DNA from: Scyliorhinus canicula
Taxonomy: Eukaryota
Reading direction: 5' to 3'
Length of the DNA stretch: 64,000 nucleotides
NCBI RefSeq assembly: GCF_902713615.1
Contig: NC_052158.1
Location: 159,038,691 to 159,102,690 of the forward strand
How positions within the stretch are numbered: the stretch's first letter is position 1; each line of letters starts with the position of its first letter. The notes beneath the pieces are model-generated. The model was not told the DNA's origin, did not search any database, and saw nothing but the letters and a program-made list of their open reading frames with translations. Shown here in pieces: positions 36,806 to 49,724 of the stretch. The position numbers and the translations under genes were made by a program.

Positions 36806-37230
36806 CAAAGAAAATTACAGCACAGGGACAGGCCCTTCAGCCCTCCCAGCCTGCACCGATCCAGATCCTTTGTCTAAACTTGTCTCCTATTTTCCAAGGA
36901 CCTACTTCCCTCTGTTTCCCGCCCGTTCATATGCATGTCTAGATGCATCTTAAATGATGCTATCGTGCCGGCGTCTACCACCTCCACTGGCAAAGCGTTC
37001 CAGGCACCCACCACCCTCTGCATAATAAACTTTCCACGCACACCTCCCTAAAACATTCCCCCTCTCACCTTGAAATCGTGACTCCTTGTAATTGACACCC
37101 CCACTCTTGGAAAAAGCTTGTTGCTATCCACCATGTCCATACCTCTCACAATTCTGTCGACCTCAATCAGGTCCCCCAACAATCTCCGTCTTTCCAATGA
37201 AAACAATCCTAATCTACTCAACCTTTCTTC
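36806..37230 (-). mobile_element. CR1 3' fragment; its tail is displaced to 33731-33758 by the Penelope insertion
   Basis: EERLSRLGLFSLERRRL.GDLIEV, RSHDFKVRG. Confidence 0.88.
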
Positions 37231-37530
37231 AGGTTGAAAGGCCAACATGTTAGCATTGCGTATACACACGTGCCCAGCCAGGTTCTGTGGGCTACATGGT
37301 GGCCCCGGCTGCGGGCATGTCCCTCCCCCACCCACACCTATGCCCTGTCGGTATCAGGCCCTGTTGGTGCACACGATCCTGGCGCCTGTCCCTGCTGCCA
37401 CGAGAACCGTTGGCTGGTGCCAGCGGAGTTCACATATTTGGACTCTCCACTGTCGGGATTCTCCCGTGCGTCGGAAGCCCGGGGATTTGCCAATGGCAAG
37501 CGAGACGGAGAATCCCAGGCGCGGGCCGCA
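37231..37530 (-). mobile_element. Left end of a minus-strand Harbinger copy
   Basis: 37234-37320 is the inverted homolog of 38294-38380; GGAGAATCCC terminal-type motif at 37507. Confidence 0.7.
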
Positions 37531-37540
37531 CCAGAAATCT

Positions 37541-40500
37541 GGGGCTGGATTCTCCATTTGGCAACGCCAAATTGTGAAATATGATTGGTCGGAGAGTATC
37601 ATCCGACACCAAAATCTTGGTAAATCCCGGTTTGAATCCAAATTGGGATGCTTCGGCACCCCCAAAATGGCGTAAATGCAGCGCTCGCTGGGCGGACTGT
37701 AAGTACAGTAAGACTATAATTAGCGGGCCTGACATCCGATGCTCCCGGGCATCTGCGATTCACCGACTCTGATGGGCCGAGTTCCTGATGGCGTGGTTCA
37801 ATTGCGGTTGTAAAATTCGTGAACCAGTCGTCCTGGCTGTTAAGCGAGAGAGAGGAGATAGAAAATGGCATGGACTGACTGTGGGCTCCCGGCTCGGACA
37901 CTTGGGTGGGGGGGGGGGGCTCTGCCAGGGGAAGGGTAATGGGGGCAGTGGGAGGGCGGGCCCAGCCGTCCACCCCCCCCTCTCCCACAGGACCCAGGCA
38001 TTAACCACCATTATGGTGGCCATCTTGCTGGCCACACAGTCTGGCCCCTGTTTCTACAACGTGACACCGGCCTTATTGTGCGCCTACCCTTGCCCCCGAA
38101 TACACTGCCGAACCAGCATCCACCCACATGGGGGACCACTCAGGGCCGCACCAACGACAGAACCTAGTGACAGCAGTGATAGCCAACAGTGCCCCTGGCA
38201 GCAGGGATGGGTGCCAAGACCGGCGTTTCAGATGGGGCCGCATACCGCTGGGGCAGGTGTGGAGAGGTTGGGGTGTGGACATGCATGATTGGAGCCCGCA
38301 GTGCCAACCGGGGCCACCATGTAGCCCATGGTATCTGGAAAGGCACTTGAGTATGCGCCATGCTAACATGTTGGCCTTCCACCTCCTGCAGAGAATGGCT
38401 TTCAGACACCAGCCCGTGATACTGGCTACCGTGGCGACGGCCGCAGCCCTGCGAGAAACCCTACGGCCAACTGAGCAAAGGCCATTCAGAGAGGAAGCAG
38501 AGGCTGCAACAGAGGAATGGGCTTCAGGGGGCAGTGGCCGCTGCAAGGCTGGAGGGCCGGCTGCCCAACAGGTTGAGGAGGAGGAGGAGGTGCCCCGCAC
38601 ATACCGCAACCACATGTTGTTTGAAGACCTGCCAGACCGGGCATGTAGGTGGAGTCTACAGATGAGCAGAGAGACAGTGCAACATATATGCCAGATGATG
38701 GCAAACCTGGCACCGCTTGGGGTATGGCGGTGGACACCCCCTCCCAGTGACTGTCAAGGTGACGGTCATGCCCAACTTTTCTGCCATGGGGTTGTTCCAG
38801 TTGCCGAGTGGTGACTTTTCTGGGATCTCACAGACAATGGCGCACAGGTTCATCCATGCCATCACGGAGGCCCTTCATGACAGGCACAGCAGTACATACA
38901 GTGCCATGTGGACCACATCTCCCAGGATGCCTGGGCAGCGTCGTTCGCTGCTATTGCCATGATGCCTCGAGTCCAGGGGCGATTAATGTCATGCATATTG
39001 CGCTACAATCACCTGTGGATGACAGGCCGCTCTACACAAACAGCAAGGGCTACCACACTATGAACGTTCAGCTGGTGTGCGTATCTACGTGCAGTACCCG
39101 GGCTGCATGCACCATGGATTCATACTGGCACACTCAATGATCCCCAGCATGTTTGAGGGGTTGGCTGCTTGGAGACAGGGGTTACCCATTTCAGTCCTGG
39201 CTGATGACGCCTATCCAGGGGCCACAGACCGACATGGAGACCCACTATAACAATCCCCATACAGCGGGGTGGGGAGCACAGCCCCCACCCTCTACTCCCA
39301 CTGGCCAGCACTGACAGACTCACACCCACACCTATCAGACAGAGCACGGAGGTAGGTTTGAACGGTATTAACAGATTTTATTGTGAACAAATGCATACAG
39401 TCTGTGCCGAACCCCTATAACTAAACGGTGTCCTGCACCCCTACCAACTTAACTGGTGTCTAACATTCAGGCCTTACGGGCCCCAATACTACGTAGGTAG
39501 TTACCCAGGCGGTACAGCAGGAGTGGAGGCGGCCTTCTCTGATTCCTGTCCTGTGACAAGGACCCTGGTTGGCACACGTCTCCTGGGGCAACCCGGCCTG
39601 GATGGGACCGGCTGCTCCCCGGGTGTCCCGGGTGGAATCATGCTGCCCTGTTCTGCCGCTGCCCACCAGATGCACCAAGGATAGGAGGGGCAATCAGAGG
39701 TGCTGCGCTGTTCCAGCACCTCTACTGCGGAGGTCACCGGCACGGGCCCCATCACCTCCTCCTCCCCAGGGGTACCCGATGGTCCCTGGGCTACACCATG
39801 GGATGGGGGTGCATGCAGAGCCGTCCCCTGAGGCTGCCTTGCTCCCTGCGTGCCAGTCCTGGAGTGCCGTTTTGGACTCGACCAGTGTATGCACGTTCGA
39901 GGCCACGGAGCACAAGGAGTGGACCATCTCTGTCTGGGACTCTGCCACCACCCTGAGGGTCCGTGTCACATCAGCCAGTGACTGGGCCAAATCCTTCTGA
40001 GAGTGTGCCGCCTCCCACAGGGACTGGGTCCCGTCCCTCTGAGACTGTGCTGCCTCCCACTGGGTTTGGGCCACCTGCCTCTAGGACTGGGACACCTCCC
40101 CCTGGGTCTGGGTCACGCCCCTCTGGCTGGGCCACTTCCCTCTGGGTCTGTGTCGCGTTCCTCTGGGGCTCGGTCACACTGCCCAGTGCTTGTGGCACGC
40201 AGTCCAATGCCTGGGCAATGCTGCTTATGCTCTCAGCTATGGCCTGTTGTGACTGTGCCACGCTGAGGAGCGCCGCTGCAATGTCAAGGTGGCTCTGGCA
40301 CATGGCTGGATACCGGACCCCGCCTGCGCCAAATGTCCCAGGATTTGCTGACTCTGACCCAAATCTGACACCTTCGCTCCCGTCGCCTCCACTGAGGATG
40401 CCACCGAGGTGCGGTGTCGGCCTGGGTGGCAGGCATAACTGGCACCACACGCTGCTCCTGCACATGGATGGACTCCTCCAACTGCGCCTTCAGGTGCTGG

Positions 40501-40969
40501 AAGCCAGCCGACGTACTCTCCTCTTGTCCCTGGGTCTCTGACTGCAACTCCACTGTGGGTGGGACTGGATGTTCCAGGAGCCCGGGACCTGTCTGGGCGG
40601 CAGCTGGTTCCTCGGGCTTGCCTGCCCTCCGACTGTCTGGCCCTCGGCTGCTCCTACCTCCACGTGCTGTACCGGATACGATGTATGGTGTGCATCAGAT
40701 AGTGTCCCTGGACCCTCTACACTGAAGTACCCAGCACCTTAGTCTCTGGGATGGTGGAGCATGTAGGGGACAGCTGTGACGGAAAGTCTGTATCCTCCTC
40801 CGACCCGAAATCCGGGGTCACCTGAAGCTCGGACAATGCGCTGGTGTTCAGGCTGCTCTCCCCATCAGTGCTCGACAGAATGGGGGGGCAACGGCTCTGG
40901 CATTGGCTGGGGGCTTCAGATGGTCTGGCCCCATCTCTGGCTGGTCCTGTAAGACACAATACGACATCC
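37541..40969 (+). mobile_element. PIF/Harbinger DNA transposon: decayed HARBI1-like transposase (+) and a convergent second ORF (-)
   Basis: Begins GGGGCTGGATTCTCC; 38395-39260 frameshifted LPVTVKV..NF..G.FQ..GISQ, GAINVMHI, YTNSKGYHTMNVQLVC, WLLGDRGYP..WLMTP; minus-strand low-complexity, heptad-like ORF 39500-40950. Confidence 0.85.
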
Positions 40970-41574
40970 TGCTATGGGCCAGGGTTTAAAGAACCCCAAA
41001 CTGTATCATGGAGTTCACCTGACCCATAGCGTTTACTAGATTGTGGTATGGGGAGCACACGGACCACTCTCCAGGTGTGGTACAGCAGAAATGGAAAAGT
41101 ATTTTTTAAAGCAAAACAATGTTTATTCTATGAACTCAAGATAAAACAGACTTTACAAAACATACAGTGAACATCTTAGCAACCATTAATTGAAATACAA
41201 CCCCCAACTAATACAACACTAAGTAATCGTTAAGCTGTCCTTTTAACATCCATAAGACTTTTAAAAGAACTTTTAACAGAAGCACATCAGGTTAAAGTCA
41301 CTACTGAGAGCAGTTATTAGTTTTAAATCACCAAAGGATCGATTTACAGTTTTTAGACATCAGAGAGAGAGACCAATACCCTTTCTGTCTGTGACTGCAG
41401 ATATCCAGCTCTGAAAAGGAAACTAAAACACACCCTGCAGCAAACAGCCTAAAACGAAAGTGGAAAGCTGACAGACAGTTCAGCTCAACCACACTCTGAC
41501 ATCACTGATAAACACCTATTTCTTAAAGGTACGTTTCTTAAACACCCATTTCTTAAAGGTACTCTTACGTGACA
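40970..41574 (-). mobile_element. 3' LTR (605 bp) of a Gypsy/Gmr1-type element
   Basis: TG...CA ends; polypurine tract (minus strand GGGGGGAGG, 41575-41583) directly precedes TGTCACG. Confidence 0.8.
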
Positions 41575-43677
41575 CCTCCCCCCACGAAAAATAACATGAA
41601 TTTCAAGATGGTTTCATGTTTCACTTTACACTATCCTTTATGAAATGCACACAGTAAATATACATTTTAATTTCAAAAAAACAACACACGCAAACAGTTA
41701 TAATAATAAGTCCATTTTATTTTTGCTCTTCTTCCTCCAACTGAAACTGCTTCTGTTCATCGCATTCGAATAGAACAGTACAGCACAGAACAGGCCCTTT
41801 GGCCCTCAATGTTGTGCCGAGCCATGATCATCCAACTCAAACCCACGTATCCACCCTATACCAATAACCCAACAACCCCCCCCCCCCCCCCCTTAACCTT
41901 ACTTTTATTAGGACACTACGGGAAATTTAGCATGGCCAATCCACCTAACCCGCACATCTTTGGACTGTGGGAGGAAACCGGAGCACCCGGAGGAAACCCA
42001 CGCACACAGGGGGAGGACGTGCAGACTCCACACAGACAGTGACCCAGCCGGGAATCGAACCTGGGACCCTGGAGCTGTGAAGCATTTATGCTAACCACCA
42101 TGCTACCCTGCTGCCCTTATGCTAACCACCATGCTACCCTGATGCTTTGTCACATTCGTGACAAAGCATCAGCTATCACGTTTTTTCGTCCTGCCACATG
42201 TACTATTTTTAAATATAATGGCTGTAACAATAAACTCCAGCGAAACCGCCTTGTATTGTTATTCCGGAATCGCTCGAAAAACATCAACAGATTATGATCA
42301 GTATATATAATGGTGTCAGACGGATTGCTGATCACATAAATGTAAAAATGTTGCAAAGCTAGCAACAAACTCAACATCTTCTTCTCAGCTGTTGATTACT
42401 TCTTCTGGTGAGAATTCAATTCATTTGAAAAATAACCAATAGGCCGCTCTAGCTCTTCATCGTCATCTTGTAGAAGCAGCGCATCTACACCCACATCACT
42501 CGCATCAACCGCCACTTTGAATGGTTTCATATAATTTGCGATGGCTAATGCAGGAACAATGGTTAACACAGCCTTTAGGCCGTCAAATGCCTGTTGACAC
42601 TCTGCTGTCCACTGGGATTTGTTACGCTTCTGGAGCAAGTCCGTCAGTGGAGCAACCACACTGCTGAAATTCGGTACAAATTTCCCGTAAAATCCACTCA
42701 TACCAAGAAATCGCATTATTTCCCGTCGTGTCGAGGGTATCCCCAATAACTTTTGTTTTCACATCCCGTGGGACCGTTCGACCCCGTCCGATTGCATGGC
42801 CAAGGAAAGTGACTTGGGCTTTTCCACTCTCACTTTTGGCTAGGTTTATCACGAAACCCGCCTCCTGAAGTCGATTGAATAACTCGATCAGACGTTTCAA
42901 ATGTTTGATCGTCGATGTATACCGCACAATTAGGTCATCCTGAAACTACTTTGTTCGTTAACCGTTGAAATGTGGCTGGGGCGCTTTTCATGCCAAATGG
43001 CATAACTTGAATTGGTATATACCAGTAGGGGTCACATAATCTGAAATATCCTTCGCCCTTTCGGATAAAGGTACCTGCCAGTAACCTTTAAGTAAATCCA
43101 GTTTGGAAATAAAAGCTGATTGTCCCACTATCTCAATGCAATCCTCCAAACGTGGGTTTGGATAAGAGTCCATTCTTGTAACTGCATTAACCTTTCTATC
43201 ATCCACACACAACCGCTGGGTCCTCTTACCTCATGACCAAAAATTAGTTTAAAATGACTGAATTTGGTTGACTCATTAGGTGCATCCCTAATTGCAAACA
43301 GTAAGAATGGAATTCCTTTATCCCAATCCTCTGGATATTCTTGACAATAAGCCCTCAACATTGTCTTTAGTGTCTGGTGCCACATTTCTAACGCTCCCTG
43401 CGATATTTGATGGCACGCAGTTGATTTAAATTGTTTTATTCCTAAGCTATCCATAACTTCTTTGAGTAACCTTGACGTAAAATTTGATCGTTGATCCAAT
43501 TGTATTTCTGTGGGTAGTCCATATCGAGAAAATAATTGAAGTAACTCCTCCACAATCTTTTTAGCAGTAATATTACGTACTGGAATGACCTCTGGAAACC
43601 TAGTAGACACATCCATTATAGTCAAAAGATATTGATTCCCACTTTTCGTTTTAGGAAACAGTCCTACGCAATCAAGT
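41575..43677 (-). mobile_element. Gmr1-type Gypsy pol remnant (integrase-RT-RNase H order)
   Basis: DCVG..PK..GNQYLLTIMDVSTRFPE..QLDQRSNFTS integrase (43220-43677); KLDLLKGYWQVPL and YIDD RT; FLGMSGFY, VDASDVG, YTDHN, NVIADALSR RNase H. Confidence 0.9.
41769..42141 (-). mobile_element. Full V-SINE with a duplicated 5' end
   Basis: Matches 4219-4560; 25-bp direct repeat at 42086-42110 and 42117-42141. Confidence 0.9.
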
Positions 43678-44030
43678 GGGGCAGCACGGTAGCATTGTGG
43701 ATAGCACATATGCTCACAGCTCCAGGGTCCCAGGCTCGATTCCGGCTTGGGTCACTGTCTGTGCGGAGTTTGCACATCCTCCCCATGTGTGCATGGATTT
43801 CCTCTGGGTGCTCCGGTTTCCTCCCACAGTCCAAACATGTGCAGGTTAGGTGGATTGGCCATGATAAATTGCCCTTACTGTCCACAATTGACTTTAGTGT
43901 TGGGTGCGGTTACTGGGTTATGGGGATAGGGTGGGGGTGTTGACCTTGGGTAGGGTGCTCTTTCCAAGAGCCGGTGCAGACTGGATGGACCAAATGGCCT
44001 CCTTCTGCACTGTAAATTCTATGACATCTA
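43678..44030 (+). mobile_element. Full V-SINE
   Basis: Nearly identical to 6473-6825. Confidence 0.9.
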
Positions 44031-44439
44031 TGAGTACGATTCCGTCGATGAATAGTAATAAAACATTAAAATGGAATGACTACGGACAGTATAGAGCAAA
44101 CAGCTAACACTTATTAGGTCTAGTTGCCAATCACATTGGAAGAGCTATCTGCATCCTTCTCTTCACGATCATGAAGGCAACTCCACGAATGAAGCGGAAC
44201 AATAATTGGTCAGTTTGATTTGCCCCATTTTAATGCATCGTAGTCATTGCTCTAATGTTGCTGCGATTGCTCGGATTCGCTGCTCACCATTTCTTATTTA
44301 AAAATAGACCTGCTGAAAATGGATCGTCGGTCATCTGGAAGCACATTTGTCGGAGGGGAAGTGTACCCTTGAATCTGAAATGGCTATGTCAGAGAAACAC
44401 CTTTAACAAGAACAACCAAATGGGACTTTTAGAGTACAA

Positions 44440-45075
44440 TCTAGAATGCAAGACCAGGGATGTACTTCTGAGGCTGTATAAGGCTCTGGTCAGACTCCAT
44501 TTGGAGTATTGTGAGCAGTTTTGGACCCCGTATCTAATGAAAGATGTGCTGGCCTTTGAAAGGGTCCAGTGGAGGATGACAATAATGATCCCTGGAATGA
44601 AGAGCTTGTCGTATGAGGAACGGTTGAGGACTCTGGGTCTGCACTCGGTGGAGTTTCGAAGGTTTTTAAAAAATAAAGTACCACCTAACATGCACATGGA
44701 GTTGAAAAGGACGAGGGGATATCTTATTGAAACTTACAGGATACTGCGATGCCTGGATAGAGTGGGTAAGGAGAGGATGTTTCCACTTGTTAGAAAGGCT
44801 AGAACCAGAGGACACAATCTCAGGCTAAAGGGACGATCCTGTAAAATAGAGATGAGGAGGAATTTCTTTAGCCAGAAGGTGGTGAATCTGTGGAACTCTT
44901 TGCCGCAGAAGGCTGTTGAGGCCAAATCATTGAGTGTCTTTAGGACAGAGATAGATAGGTTCTTGATTAAAAAGGGCATCAGGGTTATGGGAAGAAGACA
45001 GGAGAATAGGGATGAGGGAAAAATATCAGCCATGATTGAATGGGCAGACTAGTGGGCCGAGTGGCCTAATTATAG
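44440..45075 (+). mobile_element. CR1 3' fragment (accounts for most of the 265-aa ORF)
   Basis: LYKALVRLHLEYCEQFW, RGHNLRLKG, EMRRNFFSQKVVNLWNSLP. Confidence 0.92.
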
Positions 45076-45319
45076 TCTAATGGACCTCCAGCGGTGGCAT
45101 GGAGAGGGGAAGTCACACATTGGGTGGCTCCTGCTCGAGTCCAGTTTTGAAAAATTTTAATGTCCGGTCCTGGGGGCAATTTAAGAATGATTGGGTGTGG
45201 GAAGGTATAATGAAGGCAAAGAATATCAAAGAGTCAAAGGAAAACAGCCATGAAGAAGGGAGAGAGTGAGTGTTCATCGTCGAGTGATAGGGCCAGGCCG
45301 GGATTTGATTTTTTTGACT

Positions 45320-47280
45320 TGAATTGATTTATTATTGTCACATGTATTAGTATACAGTGCAAAGTATTGTTTCTTGCATGCTGTACAAACAATGCATACC
45401 ATACATAGGGAAGGAAGGAGAGACTGCAGAATATAATGTTATAGTTAGAGCAAGGTGTAGAGAAAAGATCAACTTAATATGAGGTAGGTCCATTCAAAAG
45501 TCTGATGGCAGTAGGGAAGAAGTTGTTCTTGAGTCGGTTGGTACGTGACCTCAAACTTTGGTATATTTTTCCTGACGGAAGAAGGTGGAAGAGAGTTTGT
45601 CCGGGTGCATGGGGTCCTTTCTGAGGCAGCGGGAATTGTAGACAGAATCAATGGATGGGAGACTGGTTTGCATGATGGATTGGGCTACATTCACGACCTT
45701 TTTCAATTTCCTGCGGTCTTGGGCAGAGCAGGATCCATACCAAGCTGTCATACAACCAGAAAGAATGCATTCCATGGTGCATCTGTAGAGTTTGGTGAGA
45801 GTCGGAGACGACATGCCAAATTTCCTTAGTCCTCTGAGAACGTAGAGTCGTTGGTGGGTTTTCTTAACCATAGTGTCGGCGTGGGGGGACCAGGACAGGT
45901 TGTTGGTGATCTGGACACCGAAAGACTTGAAGCTGTCGACCCTTTCTAATTCGTTCCCAATGATGTAGACAGGTGCATGTTCTCCACTACTCTTCCTGAA
46001 GTCGATGACAATGTCTTTCGTTTTGTTGACATTGAGAGAGAGAGATTATTGTCGTCGCACCAGTTCACCAGATTCTCTATCTCATTCATGTACTCTCTCT
46101 CGTCATTGTTTGAAATCCGACCCACTACTGTGATGTCATCATCAAATTTGAAAATCGAGTTGGAGGGGAATTTGGCCACACAGTCATAGGTGAACAGGAA
46201 TACAGTAGGGGGCTGGGGACACATTCTTGTGGGGCACCAGTGTTGAGAATGATCATGGAGGAGGTGTTGTTGCCTCTCCTTACTGATTGTGGCCTGTGGG
46301 GTCGAATGTTCAGGATCCAGTCACAGAGGAAGGAGCCGACACCAAGATCACGGAGTTTGGAGATGGGTTTTGTAGGAATTATGGTGTTGAAGGCTGAGCT
46401 GTAGTCGATAAATAGGACTACGACATAGGTCTTTTGTTATCTAGGTGTTCAAGGGTAGTGTGCATGACCATGGATATGGCGTCTGCTGTGGACCTGTTGC
46501 AGCGGCCGGCGAGCTGTAGTGGATCAAGGCAATCCGGGAGGCTGGAGTTGATTTGTGCCATGACTAACCTTTCAAAGCACTTCATGATGATGGATGTCAG
46601 AGCCATTGGACGATAGTCTTTATGGCACGCTGCTTGTATTTTTTTGGTACAGGGATGATGGTCCTCTTCTTGAAGCAGAAAGGAACCTCATATTGTTGTA
46701 AAGAGAGGTTTAAGATGTCTGCGAATACACCCGCCAGCTGATCCATGCAAGACCTGAGTGCCCATCCGGGTTGCCCATCCAGGCCAGTGGCTTTCTGAGG
46801 GTTGACTTTCAAGAAGGCTGCTCTGACGTCTGCAATGGTGATCTTAGATACAAGTTCATCCGAGGCTTCTGGGGTGGAGGGCTTGCTCTCGCTGACCTCT
46901 TGTTCAAAGTGTGCACAGAATGCGTTGAGCTAATCAAAGAGGGGTGCATTGGAGCAGGTGATTTTACATGCCTTCATCGTGTAGCCCGTTATGTCTTTCA
47001 GATCTTGCCGTAGTCGGCGGGGGTCCGTGTGGCTTGGCTGGGACTCGAGCTTTTTCCGGTACTGTCTTTTGGCATCTTTGATGGATCTTCTTAGATCATA
47101 TCTGGCTTTCGTATTTAGGTCAGGGTCGCCTGACTTGAATGCCTCAGACCTAGACTTCAGCAAGCAGTGGATATCCCTGTTCATCCAGGGTTTCCGGGGA
47201 GCTGGCAAGATTGTGGAGACTGGGCTGCTGGCTGGGGCCGCACTGCTTACAGCAGAGAAGATGACTGACGTGACGTGTTT
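45320..47280 (-). mobile_element. Rex1/Babar-type LINE nested in an L1/Tx1 element
   Basis: KPWMNRDIH, KATGLDG, ALTSIIMKCFERLV, KFDDDIT, KKTHQRLYVLR; GTGACAATAATAAATCAA tail. Confidence 0.88.
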
Positions 47281-49724
47281 GGAGTTGGAGAACAGTTTGC
47301 AAAGCATATGGAGGGGTTGAGGAAGGATATGGCGGTGGCTTTGAAGACATTGGTAGAGGAGGCTATTGCCCCGGTGAGAGTGGATGGGGTGAAGACATCG
47401 GCCGAGGTGAGGGAGTATGGCTAGAAGATGAAGGGAGTGGAGGAGGACACGTCACAGCACAGTTATCATCTCACCTCGATGGAGGATGAACTGCGGAGGA
47501 TGATCGAGGGTGCCTGCGAGCAAAGGTGGAGGACTTGGAGAACCACTCGAGGCGGCATAATTTGAGCATTGTGGGCCTGCCCAAGGGCCCGGGACCAGCG
47601 GAGTACTTCACAAGATGTTGGCAGACCTGATGGGGGAGGGAGAGCAACCCCTCGGTATAAACTGTATGTGTCCATCTGTCGCTGAGGCCTAGGCCGCAGT
47701 TGAACGAGCCGCCAAAGGCAGTGCTCATCTGATTTCACAGGTACCACATGAGGGAGAACATCTTGAACTGGGTAAAGCAGACTGGGAGGTGCAGTGAACT
47801 GGTGCTCAAATTTACCAGGACCAGATGGTGGAACTGTCAAGGAGGAACTGACTTTCGGCCGATTAAAGAGGGCACTGTATAATATTGGAGTGAAGTTCGG
47901 AGTGGTATCCCCAGCGAAGCTAAGGTGACCTTCAACTCCAGAGGCTTTTACTTTGAATCAGTGGAGTTGGTGGAGTCGTTTGTGAAGGTGGAAGGCTTGG
48001 GGAAGAAGTGAAGACTGGAGTGAAAAGGTGTTGTGGTACTGTGGAACGGGAGTTAGGAGACTGTATTTGTGTAGTTTTGACTTATGTCCTTACTCCATGC
48101 TGTTATAGAGGTTAAGTTTGCTATTGTTGTTCTTTGTAGCGACCGTTTTCTCCGAGAACTGTCTGTTTGATTGTTTTCCTTGGGAAGGGCGGGAGGTGAG
48201 GCTTAGGAAGGGCTGGGTTATTCAGGTGTTTCACTCGCGCGTTGATGGCAAGGTGCAGGGGGTTGTGGTATTGGTTCTTAAAAGAGTACAGTTCCAAATG
48301 GGAAAGTGGTGGCGGATCAGGGAGGTAGGTATTTGATAATGACAGGGGCATTGCAGACGAGGTGGCTGGCGCTTATAAGCCTGTATGGTCCCAACTGGGA
48401 TGATGTAGGCTTTGTAAAGAAGGTGTGTGGGGCCTTTCCCGACTTAGATTCAGTTGAATTGGTAGTGGATGGAGACTGGAACTTGGTGACGGAGCCAAGA
48501 TTGGACAGGTCACGGCCGCTCCGCTTGTTCTGTCAGGGGAGCAAAGGCATCAGCTGGGCTAATGGTGCAAATTGGAGGAGTGGACACTTGGAAATTTTTG
48601 CACCTGGTGGATCGGTAGTATTCATTTTCTCTTTGGTTCATAACGTCTATTCACGGATAAACCTTTTTGTGGTGGGAAGGCGCTTTTGGTCAGGGATCTG
48701 GACCCTGCACTGTTGGAAAAAAGGAGTTGCAGGTGAGCTTTGATCGGCTGTCCACAAAGAAGGTGGTGCGCCAATTGACGTGGGTAAGTGCAGCGGTCTA
48801 CAAGAATGGAGAGAAGGCAGGGCACATGTTGGCAGGCCAACTTTGGAGGGAAGCAGCGGCGACGGACCTTGTTCAGGTTCGGGATGGGACAGGGAAGTTG
48901 GTGGTGGCTCCGGACGAGATTAATAGGGTTTTTGGGGAGTTTTATGAGATGTTGTATAGTTCGAAACCACCTGGGAAGGATCGTGGAATGCAGGAATTCC
49001 TGGATGGTTTGGAATGTCCGCAGTTGGGGGAGGAGGATAGGAGGGGGCGATGGGGAATAGGAGATCAAGAACACGATTGGGAGAATGCAGTCGGTGAAGA
49101 TAGCAGGGCCGTATGGGATTCTGGTGGTGTACTTTAAGAAATGTAGGTATAGGTTGGCGCATGCTGCTGGTGGGGATGTTTGTGGGGGTGATAATCTTTG
49201 CGATTAGGTCACGATTTGTGGAGTGGGTAAGATTACAATACAGGGCGCTGAGGGCGACTATCCGCACAAACAGTATGTGACCGGAATATTTTGCCATGCA
49301 CCGAGGGACCAGGCAGGGATGTGCTCTCTCCCCCCTATTGTTTGTGCTTGTGAGTGACCTTTGGCCATCGCATTGAGGAGTTCGGTGGTGTGGAGGATGA
49401 TAGTGCGGGGGATGGGGTGCATCGGGTGTCTTTGTAAGCAGTCTACTTGCTATTGTGTGTATCGGAACCGAGTGTGTCGATGGGTGATATACTGGAGTTG
49501 CCTTGAGTGTTTGGGTCTTTTTTGAGGTATGAGCAAAATCTGGACAAAAGTGAATGTTGTTGTGTCCCGACCGGGGTAAAGGGCAGGGGCGTGGGGGAGG
49601 GGGCGGGGGGTGCTGCCATTCTGTAGGGCGGTGGTCCACTTTAGATACCTGGGGGTGCAGGTGGCATGGGACTGTGGGGGGGGGGGGGCTCCGTCGGTAC
49701 AATATTACTAAATTCCTAATATTA

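Noticed and set aside
38395-39260. Domesticated HARBI1 gene
   Set aside because: Multiple frameshifts, an altered catalytic motif (GAINVMH), a second decayed copy nearby and transposon termini
39960-40180. Imperfect 21-bp tandem repeats as a CRISPR-like array
   Set aside because: No unique spacers; they encode heptad-like repeats (EAAQSQR) in the Harbinger second ORF, and the context is eukaryotic
44255-45052. 265-aa ORF as a host gene
   Set aside because: Mostly a CR1 ORF2 C-terminus with a chance upstream extension and a small filler insertion near 44655-44700
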